Below are positions 49,300 through 60,982 of a stretch of 64,000 nucleotides of DNA, piece by piece. The notes below the pieces were generated by a model that saw only the letters and a list, made by a program, of their open reading frames with translations, was not told the DNA's origin and made no database searches. Every line of letters begins with the position of its first letter. The stretch's first letter is position 1. The position numbers and the translations under genes were made by a program. Where the stretch lies: assembly GCA_002269645.1 (NCBI GenBank), contig NIVC01000455.1, positions 248,001-312,000 of the forward strand. Reading direction: 5' to 3'. This DNA is from Macrostomum lignano. Its lineage: Eukaryota.

Positions 49300-50730
49300 C
49301 ACGCCGCCGACCAAATCCGAGACGCCGGCGTCAGCCAGCACCAGCAGGCTGTGAACGAAAAGCCAAGTGCGCGCCTGTTCCCGCCGGTAGGGAGGGTGCA
49401 CCTGCTGCTTCAGCAGCAGGACTTCCCCGCACCGGCTGTGGGCAGTGCGACTCAGCGCAGATGAAGCGCTCTGCGTCCAGGTCTCAGTGATGTATAACAA
49501 GATAGTCTCGACCACCACCTGGAGCAGGGCCATCCACTGGCAGTTAGGTAGGCTATTGGCAAGCCTGCAGCGACGCTGCAGATTCTCGCGGATGTCGGAA
49601 GCCAGACCGCCAAGGTGATAGATGAACTGCTGACAACACAGAAGCTCTGTCGCCTGTCCATCTGCACAAAATTGCAGACACAATGTCGTCCGGCCAGCAG
49701 AGCACGATGGTCTTTTGCATGTTGACCAACAGGCCGACACTCGACGCAACCAGCTTATCCAGTTGTCGCTGGGCGACTTCAACAGTTAATGACCGCAGGG
49801 CGAGATCATCGGCGAAGCCAACACGCTGAGCCGCCTCTCCGGTTGTCGCTGACCGAAGCAGAAAGCCGTGCAGTAGCAGAAAGCCGTCGTCGTTGGTATG
49901 AAGAGCAATCCGCAGCGGCGCGAGTCTCTCTGGAGCAGTCAGATAGACCTTCCGGTGTTGAAACAACAGCTTTTGTATCACGGTACACATTGCCGTGATG
50001 GCGTAGACAAGCTACTCTGACACTGTGTTCGCACGGAGCACCTCTGGGAGTATGGACCTGACGAGCGAGTCGAATACCTTTTTGAAATCTATGAAGATAA
50101 CAATCAGGATCGTCTGGCATATCTGCGTCTCCTCGATGACTCGACGAAGAGCTAGGATCTGCGTCACAGTGCCGCGATGGAGCCGGAAGCTGACCTGCTC
50201 AAGACGTAGGTACGGATCCAGCACCTGCAGCAACCGCGATAGCAGCAGCCGATTAAACAGCTTCGCAGCGAAAGACTGAAGGCAGATGCCTCAGTGCTTC
50301 TCTAGCCCTGTGGTGCCTGGCTTCTTTGGAATAGCGAAAATGTGTGCCGTGGTCCACTCTTTAGGTGCCTTCTCAATGGCCAGGGTTGTATGAGCAATGC
50401 CTCAATGCAACTTGTCCGGTCACAGCTTTTTCCCGCCCGGTGACTGTTGGTGGAGCCACACAGCGTCGGCTGTGTTGACTGGTGCAACGCTGAAGCTCTC
50501 CTCTTCCAGCAACGGCATCTCCGGCGGCAGCGTCAGATCGTCTGGCAGAGAAGTGGCGGTGCGTTAACATTGGCGTCGAAAAACTCATGCAGCTCATTGC
50601 TGCGCTCGTCCTTAGAGTCGCCTGCCAGATTTAGCAGAATGCGCCGCTTTCGCCCAAGTAAGCGCTGATGGCAGACCAGGCCACGCGACCCAAGACCTCC
50701 TCTGCTTCGCAGGTTGGTCGCCTTCTCAAA
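49300..50730 (-). mobile_element. Degenerate RTE-like LINE RT fragment, same family as 38880-40650
   Basis: LDPYLRLEQVSFR..GTVTQILALRR, FIDFKKVFDS, GFADDLAL, VNMQKT, ILLYITETWT; stops and frameshifts. Confidence 0.85.
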
Positions 50731-51229
50731 CGAAGTCTCTCCAGCTCTTTAATTTAATTTAATAACTCGTTCCTAACTATACTTAGTATACCATTAATAC
50801 CCATGTGAATGTTACAGTTACTATATTTTTTACGTTTTAAGTACAAAGTTTAGCCTTTCAACAACGACGCCCCACGCTGTTTTGCATACTTGTCCTGTCT
50901 TGCATTTACAATGATGAACGATTCTATCTGCTTATATCAATCTGATTTGGGTGTCCTCTGAAACGAAAGGGTTGATATTTTTAGCAAATGTATAGTTTCA
51001 CATTACACTGTGAGTTAGAAACTTACAAACATGACAAACTTCATTAAAATTTACACCCACACTAAATTCACTATGGAAAAGACTTAAGGTTACCTTAAAA
51101 CTTCCTAAATTCAAGTCTTCAAACCTTCAACCAATCCTATTCAAATTTTACACTAACACCTTCAACTATTTCCTAACATTACCTATAAATTTTCAAGTTT
51201 CAAAGTCAAAAAAGTCAAAGAAAAAGCGG

Positions 51230-51500
51230 TAGACAAGGCAGAGAGAGAGAGCAGCAGAGGACAGATGGAAGGGAGGCAGGGCAGAGGCAAGAGAGGGATG
51301 ATGGAGAGAGGGTACAGCAGAAGAGGAAGACAGGGATAACAGAGTGAAAGTAGACAGATAGAAGGGAGGGAGGGAGGACAGAATGAACAAAGGGAGAGAG
51401 GGAGAGTAGACAGATGGAAGGGAGTGTGAGGAATAGTTAATAGATGGATGGAGAGAGGACAGATGAAAGAGAAGTAGAGAAAAGTAGAGAAAAGTAGAGG
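51230..51500. repeat. GA-rich low-complexity tract
   Basis: Purine-biased degenerate repeats. Confidence 0.75.
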
Positions 51501-51987
51501 CGATACAATCCTGCTGAAATAAACCAAAGGAATAGAAATGGTAATCCTAATTTGGTTTTTACTAACTTCTATCATCACTATTTAAATAAGTTTTTGTTCG
51601 ATTTCTTTAAATCTAAGAAGCAAAATAGATACAGGGTTCCAAATTCTGCGGGTTTAAATTCCAGGTTAAAACAGCGTTGCCAAAACAAAATATCTAAAAA
51701 ATCAGTAACTAGTTTTGCTCTGCTTAGAAATATCCCAGCTGCACAGCGCCATCCAGTTATAAAAATTCTTCTGTTATTCTAGTGGACACCAACTCAAAGC
51801 TGTAACAGTTGCTGCAGCATTTTTCAGATCGATCATGGGTTTCTGGCCAACAGCATGAGGTCGAGCATTGCAGACATTAGTTTCACCCAGTGAGGAGTCC
51901 GTAACTCTACTTCTAAGGGGCATTTTAAGCCAGCAGGTTGAGCAGAAATTCAAAATAGATGGCAAAGCAAGACAAAGCTTATAGAAG

Positions 51988-52818
51988 TGTTGTGATGGGG
52001 CTCACGGGCTCGGTCCCTTCGTGCCCCTTTCCAGACCCGGGTTCGCGTACTGACCCTGGCTGCGGTCCTCCACTGACACGCGTACGACGCGGTGTCCGTC
52101 GGGACCAGGCTGCACGAGCGTGCGACGCACGATAGCCTACAGTCTCGCGTACGACGCAAAGCTGCTTGGGGTGGGACCGGCGTACGACGCACTTAATCCC
52201 TCTAAGGTGCCTAGTACAGATGCAGACCCCAAATGACTTGCAAGGTGGAAGGCTTACCAGCCGCGATTTCGGTCGTTCGACCCGGAAACAGCGCCGACAG
52301 AGCAGTGGGAGTCTTCTTGGTATTCTTTATTTGTATTTCTATTCATTTAGAACAATTAAGGACAATTTAGTGTAATAGCAACCAACGCTGGCACAAATCA
52401 CCGGGGAGCGACGAGAACGACGGAAATGGGGTCTCACGGGGTCTGAATATACATGTATAGGCAGCAAACTGGGGTCGAGGGCGCGGGATGAAGGCGGCAA
52501 CTGGGAGTTTAGACAACGACATGGGACCAAAATGAGAAGTGCCAGCCTATCGCCGAGAGCGCAGCACGGCAGACTGGGACTGGCAGCCAATCACAAACTA
52601 CAGGGGCGGGGCAGCAATGCTTACAAAAGAATGGGGTGGGGTCGCAAGCAAAGAATGGGGGTGAATAAACAGACAAGGCCTAGGCAGAGAGGGGGGTTGG
52701 GGGGGGGGGGTTACGCACGCGCAGAAGTTAAGGTGGGTGAGTCAGAAAATATCTGAGGAGGGGGAGAGGCCGGCCAGACTGGCCGGCGTAGAATAGCGCA
52801 CTCAAGTCACAATAACAC
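51988..52818 (-). mobile_element. Possible solo LTR
   Basis: TGTTGTGA...TCACAATAACA imperfect inverted ends, minus-strand AATAAA near 52326; no convincing TSD. Confidence 0.3.
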
Positions 52819-53179
52819 ATTCATGACAGAAGCGCAAATATTTCATATTATTGTCAATTTGATGTTTCTAATCTTCTTTCGACTGCCAACACAAAAAGTT
52901 GGGCTCCGGGGCTTTGAGCTCTACTCCAACCTAACCTAATATTGGGATAAAAATGGTTCTCCCGCTAAGCTGAACAAGCAGAGCTATTAAATTAAGCTGC
53001 TTGAACATAAAACATGCCAAAGTTAAATTGCCGGACGATCACCGGGCGGCCTCGATTGGGATGGAAGAATGGTTCTTATTAAGGCTAAATAAAGTATTAC
53101 GAATACTGAATCACATTTTTAATAAAAAAATCAGGTCATAATTCATTGTAAATTGAAAATAAAAATATTTACCGACTGC

Positions 53180-54970
53180 TCTCAACAGGCAGTCGCAAGT
53201 GTGCACACCGCCCACTGAACGCCCCACTTAGTTGTCCCACTGGGTCGCTTTCCGAGTGCCGGGTTGTCCTGCCATACTGGCGGCTCGCACTGGGCCGGTC
53301 GCATCAGCGTGACTGCTTGTCGTGACCAGATAAACATCGATCCTATTAACAATCGCTCGTTTTGCAAGCTTTTGAAGCAGTCTCAAACTGATTTGGTTGA
53401 AAGTTTGATAGAAGACAAGGTCTTAACAACGGCCTGGCTGTCAGAGTAGAAATTAATGTCAAAGTTGCTGATGCCAGCTTGATGCAGATGCTCAGCACAC
53501 TGGTTGATGGCCATGATGTCGGATTGAAAAACCGAGACATTCTCATCAAGATTAAGGCTCTCTTGCACGATCGCCGCACCCTTGTGGAAAAAAAACTATG
53601 CCAGCAGTAACTAGGCGTCGCACAGGAATCCATCAGTGAAGCAGTGAATGCCCTGACTTCTCTGGTTGACGCCCTGCACGTAGTGGGTGGCTCCCTCGCG
53701 GTGGAAGGGTACACTTGATGAGTGAGGGGGTTTACAATCCACCTCGTTTAAATTGAAGTGAATGTGTTGAAGGTCGCGACGGATATATAATCCAGGTGTA
53801 GAATAGGTGCTGTTGTTTGTGTTGCGACAGAGGCGCCGAGCCAGCCTAAAAGGACCGCCTCGCCAGCGCCAGCACCCTCGCGGGGGCGGCCGTCAGGGTC
53901 TCGAGAGGTACATCGTCGTCATCAAAAATGTCCAGCCTAGCTTGACGGAGGGCTGGGCACGAGAGCCAGTGAACCAGGTCTTCAGGCCCGTCCTGGCAAC
54001 GTGGGCAAGTCGGGTCGGCCTCGCGGTTGACCAGGGCTTCGTATGCTTTAAGGAGACTACAGTGCCCGGAGCGGAGACGAGCGAGAAAAACGGCGTCTTG
54101 GCGGCAGGAGATCTCGGCTCGGTCGCGCTGGCGGTCCAGGGCGCGGTAGACCGAGGCGGTTCTCGAGTGGCTGATGGGGGGTCACAGATGGCCCGGCAGA
54201 TGTAGGCTTTGGCGCACAGAAAGGAGATGGCAGCCGGGAGGTCCGAGCGGGAAGCCGCTTCCTTAGCGGCTTCGTCGGCAAGTTCATTGCCAGCCAGACC
54301 GCAGTGGGCCGGGACCCACTGGAGGGACAGGCCCGGAAGAGAAGACAGATCGGGCAGTGGGTAGCTGTGCTGGGCATGGCCAGCCAAGGCGGAGAGGAGC
54401 GACCTGCTGTCGGAGCAAATGAGGACCCTGCCCATCGGGTGGGAGTGTCGGATCCAGGACAGGGCCAACTGAAGCGCGCGTCGCTCCTCATCGAAGCTAC
54501 TGGTCACGGGCACACCGCGGCACGCGATCGTCTCGATGACGGCTGGAGACGCCGGGTCGCCCCTCGTGATGACGCATGCCGCAACGCCGTGGGCGAAGCC
54601 GAGGGCGTCCAGGAGCCGCCGGTGTGGCAGGCAGAATGGGTGTCCTATCAGGTATGAAACCCTAGGGAGAGTTGGTAACGAATATATCACAAATTAAACG
54701 CGTGGTACCTTTCATCGCCTCAGCTCTGATAACCAGGTGCAGTGGAAGCATGTTGAGGATGGTGTTGAGTAAGGGGTGGAAGGGTACGCACCGGTGATGG
54801 CCCGGCAGATGCTACCCTGCAATTGATACAGCCGGTCCCGCACTGTTTTCAGCTTCAACGCACTGGACCAGATAAAACACGCGTAGTGGTGATGCTGGGT
54901 TTGATGATTCCCGTGTAGATCCACCGGACCGTCTTGGTAGAGAGCCCCCAGGTTGGCCTGATGGCCCACT
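53180..54970 (-). mobile_element. RNase H-bearing non-LTR fragment (R1/LOA-like), interrupted by a nested element
   Basis: LQGSICRAITGAYPSTP and SVFQSDIMAI..FYSDSQAVV RNase H motifs. Confidence 0.65.
53810..54650 (-). mobile_element. Nested 3' fragment of an I-group/Ingi-like LINE (RNase H plus C-terminal zinc knuckle)
   Basis: ICSDSRSLL, LQWVPAHCGLAGNELADEAAK; downstream LARLRSGH..CPRC..EDL.HW; AAC-like tail near 53810. Confidence 0.75.
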
Positions 54971-55129
54971 TCTTGACTTACTTTGACTTAGCTGCAGGGT
55001 GGTCCGTAGACACAGCGGGGAGGCGAGGGTCGCCCATTCCGCTAGCCCCTGAAGACTCGCAGACCGGTCAGGGCCGGTCAGGGTGGTCCGCCGGTCCGTC
55101 CTGCAGCGTGATCTTCCGTGGGAAAGAAA

Positions 55130-55870
55130 GCGGCTCGTCTTGTCACCCGAAGAAACTGGATGAGGCGTGGGATGCCGTCGGGCTGGCAAACCTCGTCAAT
55201 GGACGGGTTTGGCCCGAGGTAGCGTAGCCGGTCTCTGGTAAAGAAAGGGTAGTGACAAACGCCAAATTTCACTCTCAAAATCGCTTCGGAATAAGCAGTG
55301 CCTGGCGAGGTAGCCATGACCGGTAAATGTCATGACAAGGGCTCGAATATCCTACAATTTTGGTTCAGAAGGACATTTCTGAGCCTGCGGGAGGGGCACA
55401 GAACCGCGGCACGAGATTGCCGGCAGTTTTGGGTGCCCGCCCATCTGTCCCTGTGGAGGGAATCAGCCCAGTCATCGAGCTGACGATTGATGACCGTCGA
55501 AGGGATAGGGACCAGGGAAACAGGGCCACAGAAAGAGCCAGAGCCGCCCCTCTTGGCGAGCTAGGGTGTCTGCTGTCTGCCAACTCGTTTCCCGGAAACC
55601 CTGCGTGCCTTGGGATCCACTTCAGCCTGACAGTATTGCCACTGGCCAGGAGGTTGAGCTGCCGGGCGCAGTCGGCGACTGTCTGGGAGTTCGTTGTGGT
55701 GTGGCAAATGGCCTGTAAGGCCGCTTGGCTATCAGAGTGGATGACGATAGTCTCTCTTCTCGTACCCTTAGCATTCAGCTCTGCGGCGCAGGAGCTGATG
55801 GCAAGGACTTTGTTCTGGAAGACTGTGAAGAGTCTGCCAGTGTGCTGGGCATGCGTGGCAATGACGCAGC
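55130..55870 (-). mobile_element. Third RNase H-bearing LINE 3' fragment (R1/LOA-like)
   Basis: IHSDSQAAL, WIPRHAGFPGNELAD, TGHGYLARH, RLRYLG motifs. Confidence 0.7.
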
Positions 55871-56231
55871 TGTTGATGATGATGCGTGGTATATATGATT
55901 ATAATATGTGTTGTATATGATTAAAATATATAGAACCAATTAAGCATCGGTTTATGCTATTGGAGTTGTCTTTCGCCCACCAAAAAGTTGACAAAGTTAA
56001 AGTAAATGCTTTCAGTGTACGAAATACAAGGAGGCTTGAACTATTTCGAAGTCATTAGAAAATTTTTTGCATTAAACTTATAATAGTTTTACAATTCAAA
56101 ATAAATAAAAGACGCAATTTTGCGTTTCTACGAGCCTGATAAACACAGAACCTGCTCAGCTACTCAACAACTTTTTAATATGTCCGCCAGTTCTAAGAAG
56201 GGTTTGAAACATGATGCCTCGAATTCCAACA

Positions 56232-57348
56232 TCAGCGCAGAAGGCCGAAGAGGCTGCGGATCTCAGCCTCCGTCATCGTGTCGTTCATGATGGCCACCGC
56301 CCTCACTGTGCCGTTCAGCATTCTCGAGTCGGCAGGTCGAAATCCCAAGCGGATGCAGCGGCATGTCGAAATCTCAGTTGTAGTACGGTTATTGATCTGA
56401 AGCACACTCGACTGCGACACGAACCCGGAGTTGGAGAAGAAGTTGCGGCTTGACGGAGACGCCGAAGTGACGCCGACCTCTACGAATCCATTCGGGTCAA
56501 ACGAGTTCGTGGTAGATGGTGTGGAGTACTCAAAGTAATATGAAGCCACCCTGAAGAAGTACAGGCCCCATCCACCAGTCCAGCCATCCCAAAACGCCGC
56601 GCCCAGAGCCGCGGAGTCGCAGTTGTAGGATTCGAGCAGCGTCGCCTCCTTCCGGACACTCCGCTTGAGCCTGACGAGCCACGTGAGTCCTTGCTGCACG
56701 CTCGCGAGCTCCACGTTCTCCAGCCACATCTTGGACGACACTCCGTCGAGCTTGGCTCCCTCGCTGCTCCACTCCACATTCTCCGACATCCACTGCTGCG
56801 TCTGGCCGCACACCAAGTTGCTCCTGCTGGCGTCCGCATGGTCGCTCATCACCCAAGCGGCCCTCAGCTTCGAGCCCACACCCAGCATGAGCTTCCTGCT
56901 CAAGGTGAGGAACTTGGCGGCTCTGTCGTTGGCGAATGCGGCACAGCGGCGGGACTGCGAGCTCTCTGCAGCAGCGAGTCCATCGATGAGGTGGCACACT
57001 GCGGTGTATTGGAAGAGCGAGCACTGGCGAGTGTCCGAGTCGAACTGGGCCACCTGCAGACCGGTCGAGCGCTCAGCTTCGAGCACGCAGTCGAGGACGG
57101 AGCCGGAGGGTCTCGTCCACAGCGCCAGCGAGTCGCTCAGACAGCTCTGCGTCTGCAGACGGCGCCAACCTCGTTGGCAGTTGCAGCGGGCGGGCCGAGC
57201 AGCCAGGCAGACGAAGAGAGGACGGTGAGCAGAACGCGGGCTGGAAAGTGGCCGGCTGAGCTGAGCGAGCTGGCGAGGCGAAAAGCGTGAAAATGTAATG
57301 AACGAGGTAAAACAATGTTTCAGGATTATACTCACCAAAATTTTGCAT
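56232..57348 (-). pseudogene. PAN/LamG paralog P5; mature region intact but +2 (TC) shift in the signal-peptide codons near 57215 (pseudogene or assembly error)
   Basis: ATGCAAAATTTTG|GTGAGT exon 1, acceptor at 57241; ACCGTCCTCTCTTCGTC versus GTCCTCCTCGTC / GTCCTCTTCGTC in paralogs. Confidence 0.7.
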
Positions 57349-57857
57349 TTTCATACTCGTACTGAATTATGTAATTTTTCCTGAAGTTAAGTTCAGCGCT
57401 GTTGTGTATTGCGAAGTCTTTGCCACTTTAGGCCGTCTTGCATCTCTGATCTGTTCGTTTTACTTGCTGTTTCGGATGTACACTTAGCGTAGAATGCGAG
57501 CTGGTTGGCTGTTTGTCGCTGCACCAATGGGCGCTTTCATTAGTGGTTGCAGGACATGAAAGGTAAAATGCAAAAAAGTTTCTGTGCTGACGAAGAAGCC
57601 TTTGCCAGGGTCCAGGCGGCCTCCGTCAGGCAGCTTTGAGAGCTCGGCAGTTCAGCATCCCCTGTGGTGCGACTGGTGCTCGATGCGATTGCGCTTCGCA
57701 GTCCCTGGCGCCACCCAGAAGATCCACATGGGCCACAGCAGCAGTGAAGCGCGACTCACCGTCTTGAATGCTTGAAGGTCGCAGCATTTACTTGTAACCA
57801 TGTGCAGATAAATTATGACTGCATGTCTTTCTGACTCTTTCACTGACAATCAGTCAT

Positions 57858-57980
57858 CGCTGACACCACAGTCACTGCTGACACCACAGTCACTGCTGAC
57901 ACCACAGACACTGCTGACACCACAGTCACTGCTGACACCACAGTCACTGCTGACACCACAGTCACTGCTGACACCACAGT
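57858..57980. repeat. 18-bp minisatellite CTGACACCACAGTCACTG
   Basis: About 6 copies. Confidence 0.9.
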
Positions 57981-59419
57981 CATCCCTGACTTTCGGTAAC
58001 AGTGAAAGTTCCACAGCGACTAAAAAAGCAAAACAATGAAGAATGTTTTTGCAATTCAAAAGCTGAGCTCCGCCTTTTTTCTTTTTCTAGATTCAGTGTG
58101 GCTTACCTAAAGTTACTGAGCAACACTTTCCATCAAGAAGCTTTTGAATTGACCCATGCTTGCATTTTTGCACGATTTTCGAGTACAGAATTAGTCCAGT
58201 CTAGAAGTCCCTCGTGTCTATTTCCTCAAGATTACAAGAAACCAACTGCACTTGAGAATTTCTCTTCAGGTGTTAAAAGCAAAACCGTTGGCAGATTGAT
58301 CCAGCAAAACATCAGCGACGCAAATGTCGCGTCAGCTGTGTTTCTGGGATCGAGTCCGGATCCATTAGTGACGGTGCTCATGCTCACTGGATTGCGAAGT
58401 TTTTCCTACTTTTTAAAACAAACTCCATCAGCGGCTTTGCTCAAGCGATTTCGCAACAAATTATACAGTTAATTCTCCAATGCTAATTTGGCAAAAGACA
58501 AATAGTGAGTAACAATTAGCGATTCAAGTGCATTTGATGGTGTTTTACCGGATGCATCATCCATTAAGCATCAAGCGTCAGTTTTTATGCATCTTATTTT
58601 TACCTGCAAATTTTTCTAAACTATTTGCACTGGCATCATTGCTCCAGACATGCAGCTTCGTTATTTCCTCCAGCGCACAGAAGCATCAGGCTGCAGGCGT
58701 CACTGCCGTCACTATGATGCACGTCACGTCTGCCTGTGTTGACTTTGTTAATATCGCTAGTTGGTGGAATTGATCGAGATCAATACTCAAATTTGTCCCT
58801 TCGAAATTGCTATTCAGCGGAATTAACACCGCAACTCAACGGCTACTGGTCAGCATCGCAGCTACCTTCACTCATAGGTGTGCTTTGTGGGCGGATGCTA
58901 GCTTTTAAACCCCCAACTTGTGCTCTGCTCGCGGTGTCGCAATAGTTTACGGTTATTACCCCCGTGAAGGCAGACGCACACCCTCTGCAGGCCAAGAATC
59001 ACATCTGTTATTTACTATTTCTTCTCAACGCCCTTGTTGTTCCTTGTTGGCATGCGTCAATTATCTTCAGCTCAGTTCAGTTATGCCACTCAGATGGCAA
59101 GGCTGAAAATCCGACTGAGAGTCAGTTTCTATAATTTTCGTACACTCCTTGAGAGACGCAGTTTTTCTATCCTCTCTTTTTCAAATCGATTTTTTGGCCT
59201 GTAGCTTTGACTGACTCTCGCCTGTTTGTATATCTGGATTCTTGCGATTACGTTCGCATAACTACTGTTGTAAAGTAACTCTGCCCTCTAATTTCTGCCA
59301 GCTGCTGCCAGAACTTCTCTCCCAGCTTCTGCAAGAAGGTTGCTGGTCCTGTTCACGGATGAGGCCCGCTTACCCGGATGTTTGATTCTCCAAGGGAGTC
59401 TGACAGAATCTGTTCTTGC

Positions 59420-59680
59420 TGTCAGGATAGATGAGCTGTCAGGATAAATTGAGACAGGGAGATAAGATTGATGAGCTGATACACAATGAGACAGCTGGGG
59501 AGATGAGATAGATGAGCTGATACTGGGGAGATGAGATAGATGAGCTGATACTGGGGAGATGAGATAGATGAGCTGATACTGGGGAGATGAGATAGATGAG
59601 CTGATACTGGGGAGATGAGATAGATGAGCTGATACTGGGGAGATGAGATGGATGAGCTGTTACACAATGAGACAGCTTGG
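59420..59680. repeat. 28-bp minisatellite GATGAGCTGATACTGGGGAGATGAGATA
   Basis: Direct tandem repetition. Confidence 0.9.
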
Positions 59681-59706
59681 TAAAATAGTTAAAATTTAAA
59701 GGGGAT

Positions 59707-60298
59707 GTCAACTTAAGCACCAGAATGGAGCCCGAAGTTCAGCTCCGGACCAAACCGACTGCAATCGATAACTTGTCGGCCCAGACGACTAGAATCGCCG
59801 AGACATCCCATCCGGCTCCCTTCCTTGGGGTCCCAGGGGATAAAGGGGATAAAATGGGGATCTCATGTCAACTTAAGGCTCTGGAATGGAGCCCGAAGTT
59901 CAGCTCCGGACCAAACCGACTGCAATCGATAACTTGTCGGCCCAGACGACTAGAATCGCCGAGACATCCCATCCGGCTCCCTTCCTTGGGGTCCCAGGGG
60001 ATAAAGGGGATAAAATGGGGATCTCATGTCAACTTAAGGCTCTGGAATGGAGCCCGAAGTTAAGCTCCGGCCCAAACCGACTGCAATCGATAACTTGTCG
60101 GCCCAGACGACTAGAATCGCCGAGACATCCCATCCGGCTCCCTTCCTTGGGGTCCCAGGGGATAAAGGGGATAAAATGGGGATCTCATGTCAACTTAAGG
60201 CTCTGGAATGGAGCCCGAAGTTCAGCTCCGGACCAAACCGACTGCAATCGATAAGTTGTCGGCCCAGACGACTAGAATCGCCGAGACATCCCATCCGG
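59707..60298. repeat. 161-bp near-perfect tandem repeat, about 3.7 copies
   Basis: ORF track starts recur at 59725, 59886 and 60047. Confidence 0.95.
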
Positions 60299-60982
60299 TT
60301 TCAAGTGACGAAGCTCTATTCAATTCGAATATCGCATTAGCGGGTGTATTTTATTTCAGCTATTATACATTGATTGTTAAGTAATAAAAATGATTTGCTC
60401 GTATCGAAACCTGTTAAAAATGCTGATCTGGAAACTCAGTTTGAAAAAATTAACTTGTAAATTCGTTTGGTTATTAGTAAGCAGAACTTTTGACGATAAA
60501 CCGAAACCATGTATATTGGTAAAATAAAGAATATCACGCAAGGCTGTACAAGTTATGACGTAATGGATACAAAGCATATCATGCAAAGCTGTACAAGTTA
60601 TCAAAGTAATAAAAACAAAGCATGTCATGCAAAGCAGCACACGTTTTTAAGCAAATAAAGTAACGCCTCTCACGCAAAGCTTAGTAAAATCATAATTGCA
60701 AAAGTTTCTCAGTCCTAAGAAACGGTTTTTGGGTTTAAGTTCTTTGCTTCAGTAAAAAATACTTCCAATTTTTAGTTAATTGTGAGTCTAAAAGAAATTG
60801 AAACAACTAATTCAAAGCTTTTGTTATTTGATGTCAGTCTGAATTATCTTCACATGTAACCTATGGTACGTAAAGAATGCGTGAGATGACATTGTTTCTT
60901 AATCTGCATGTCCTTTAAAATCTGCAATACAAAACGTACAGTACACTCGCTTAAAACAATTGTATTTTCGCTAAAAATGCTT

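Noticed and set aside
36735-57348. Diversity-generating retroelement (RTs next to variable lectin-fold genes)
   Set aside because: The RTs are degenerate APE-LINE fragments; variation is not adenine-specific and includes indels; there is no TR/VR pair
59707-60298. Retrozyme or hammerhead-containing repeat
   Set aside because: No CTGAnGA/GAAA catalytic core found in the 161-, 67- or 48-bp units
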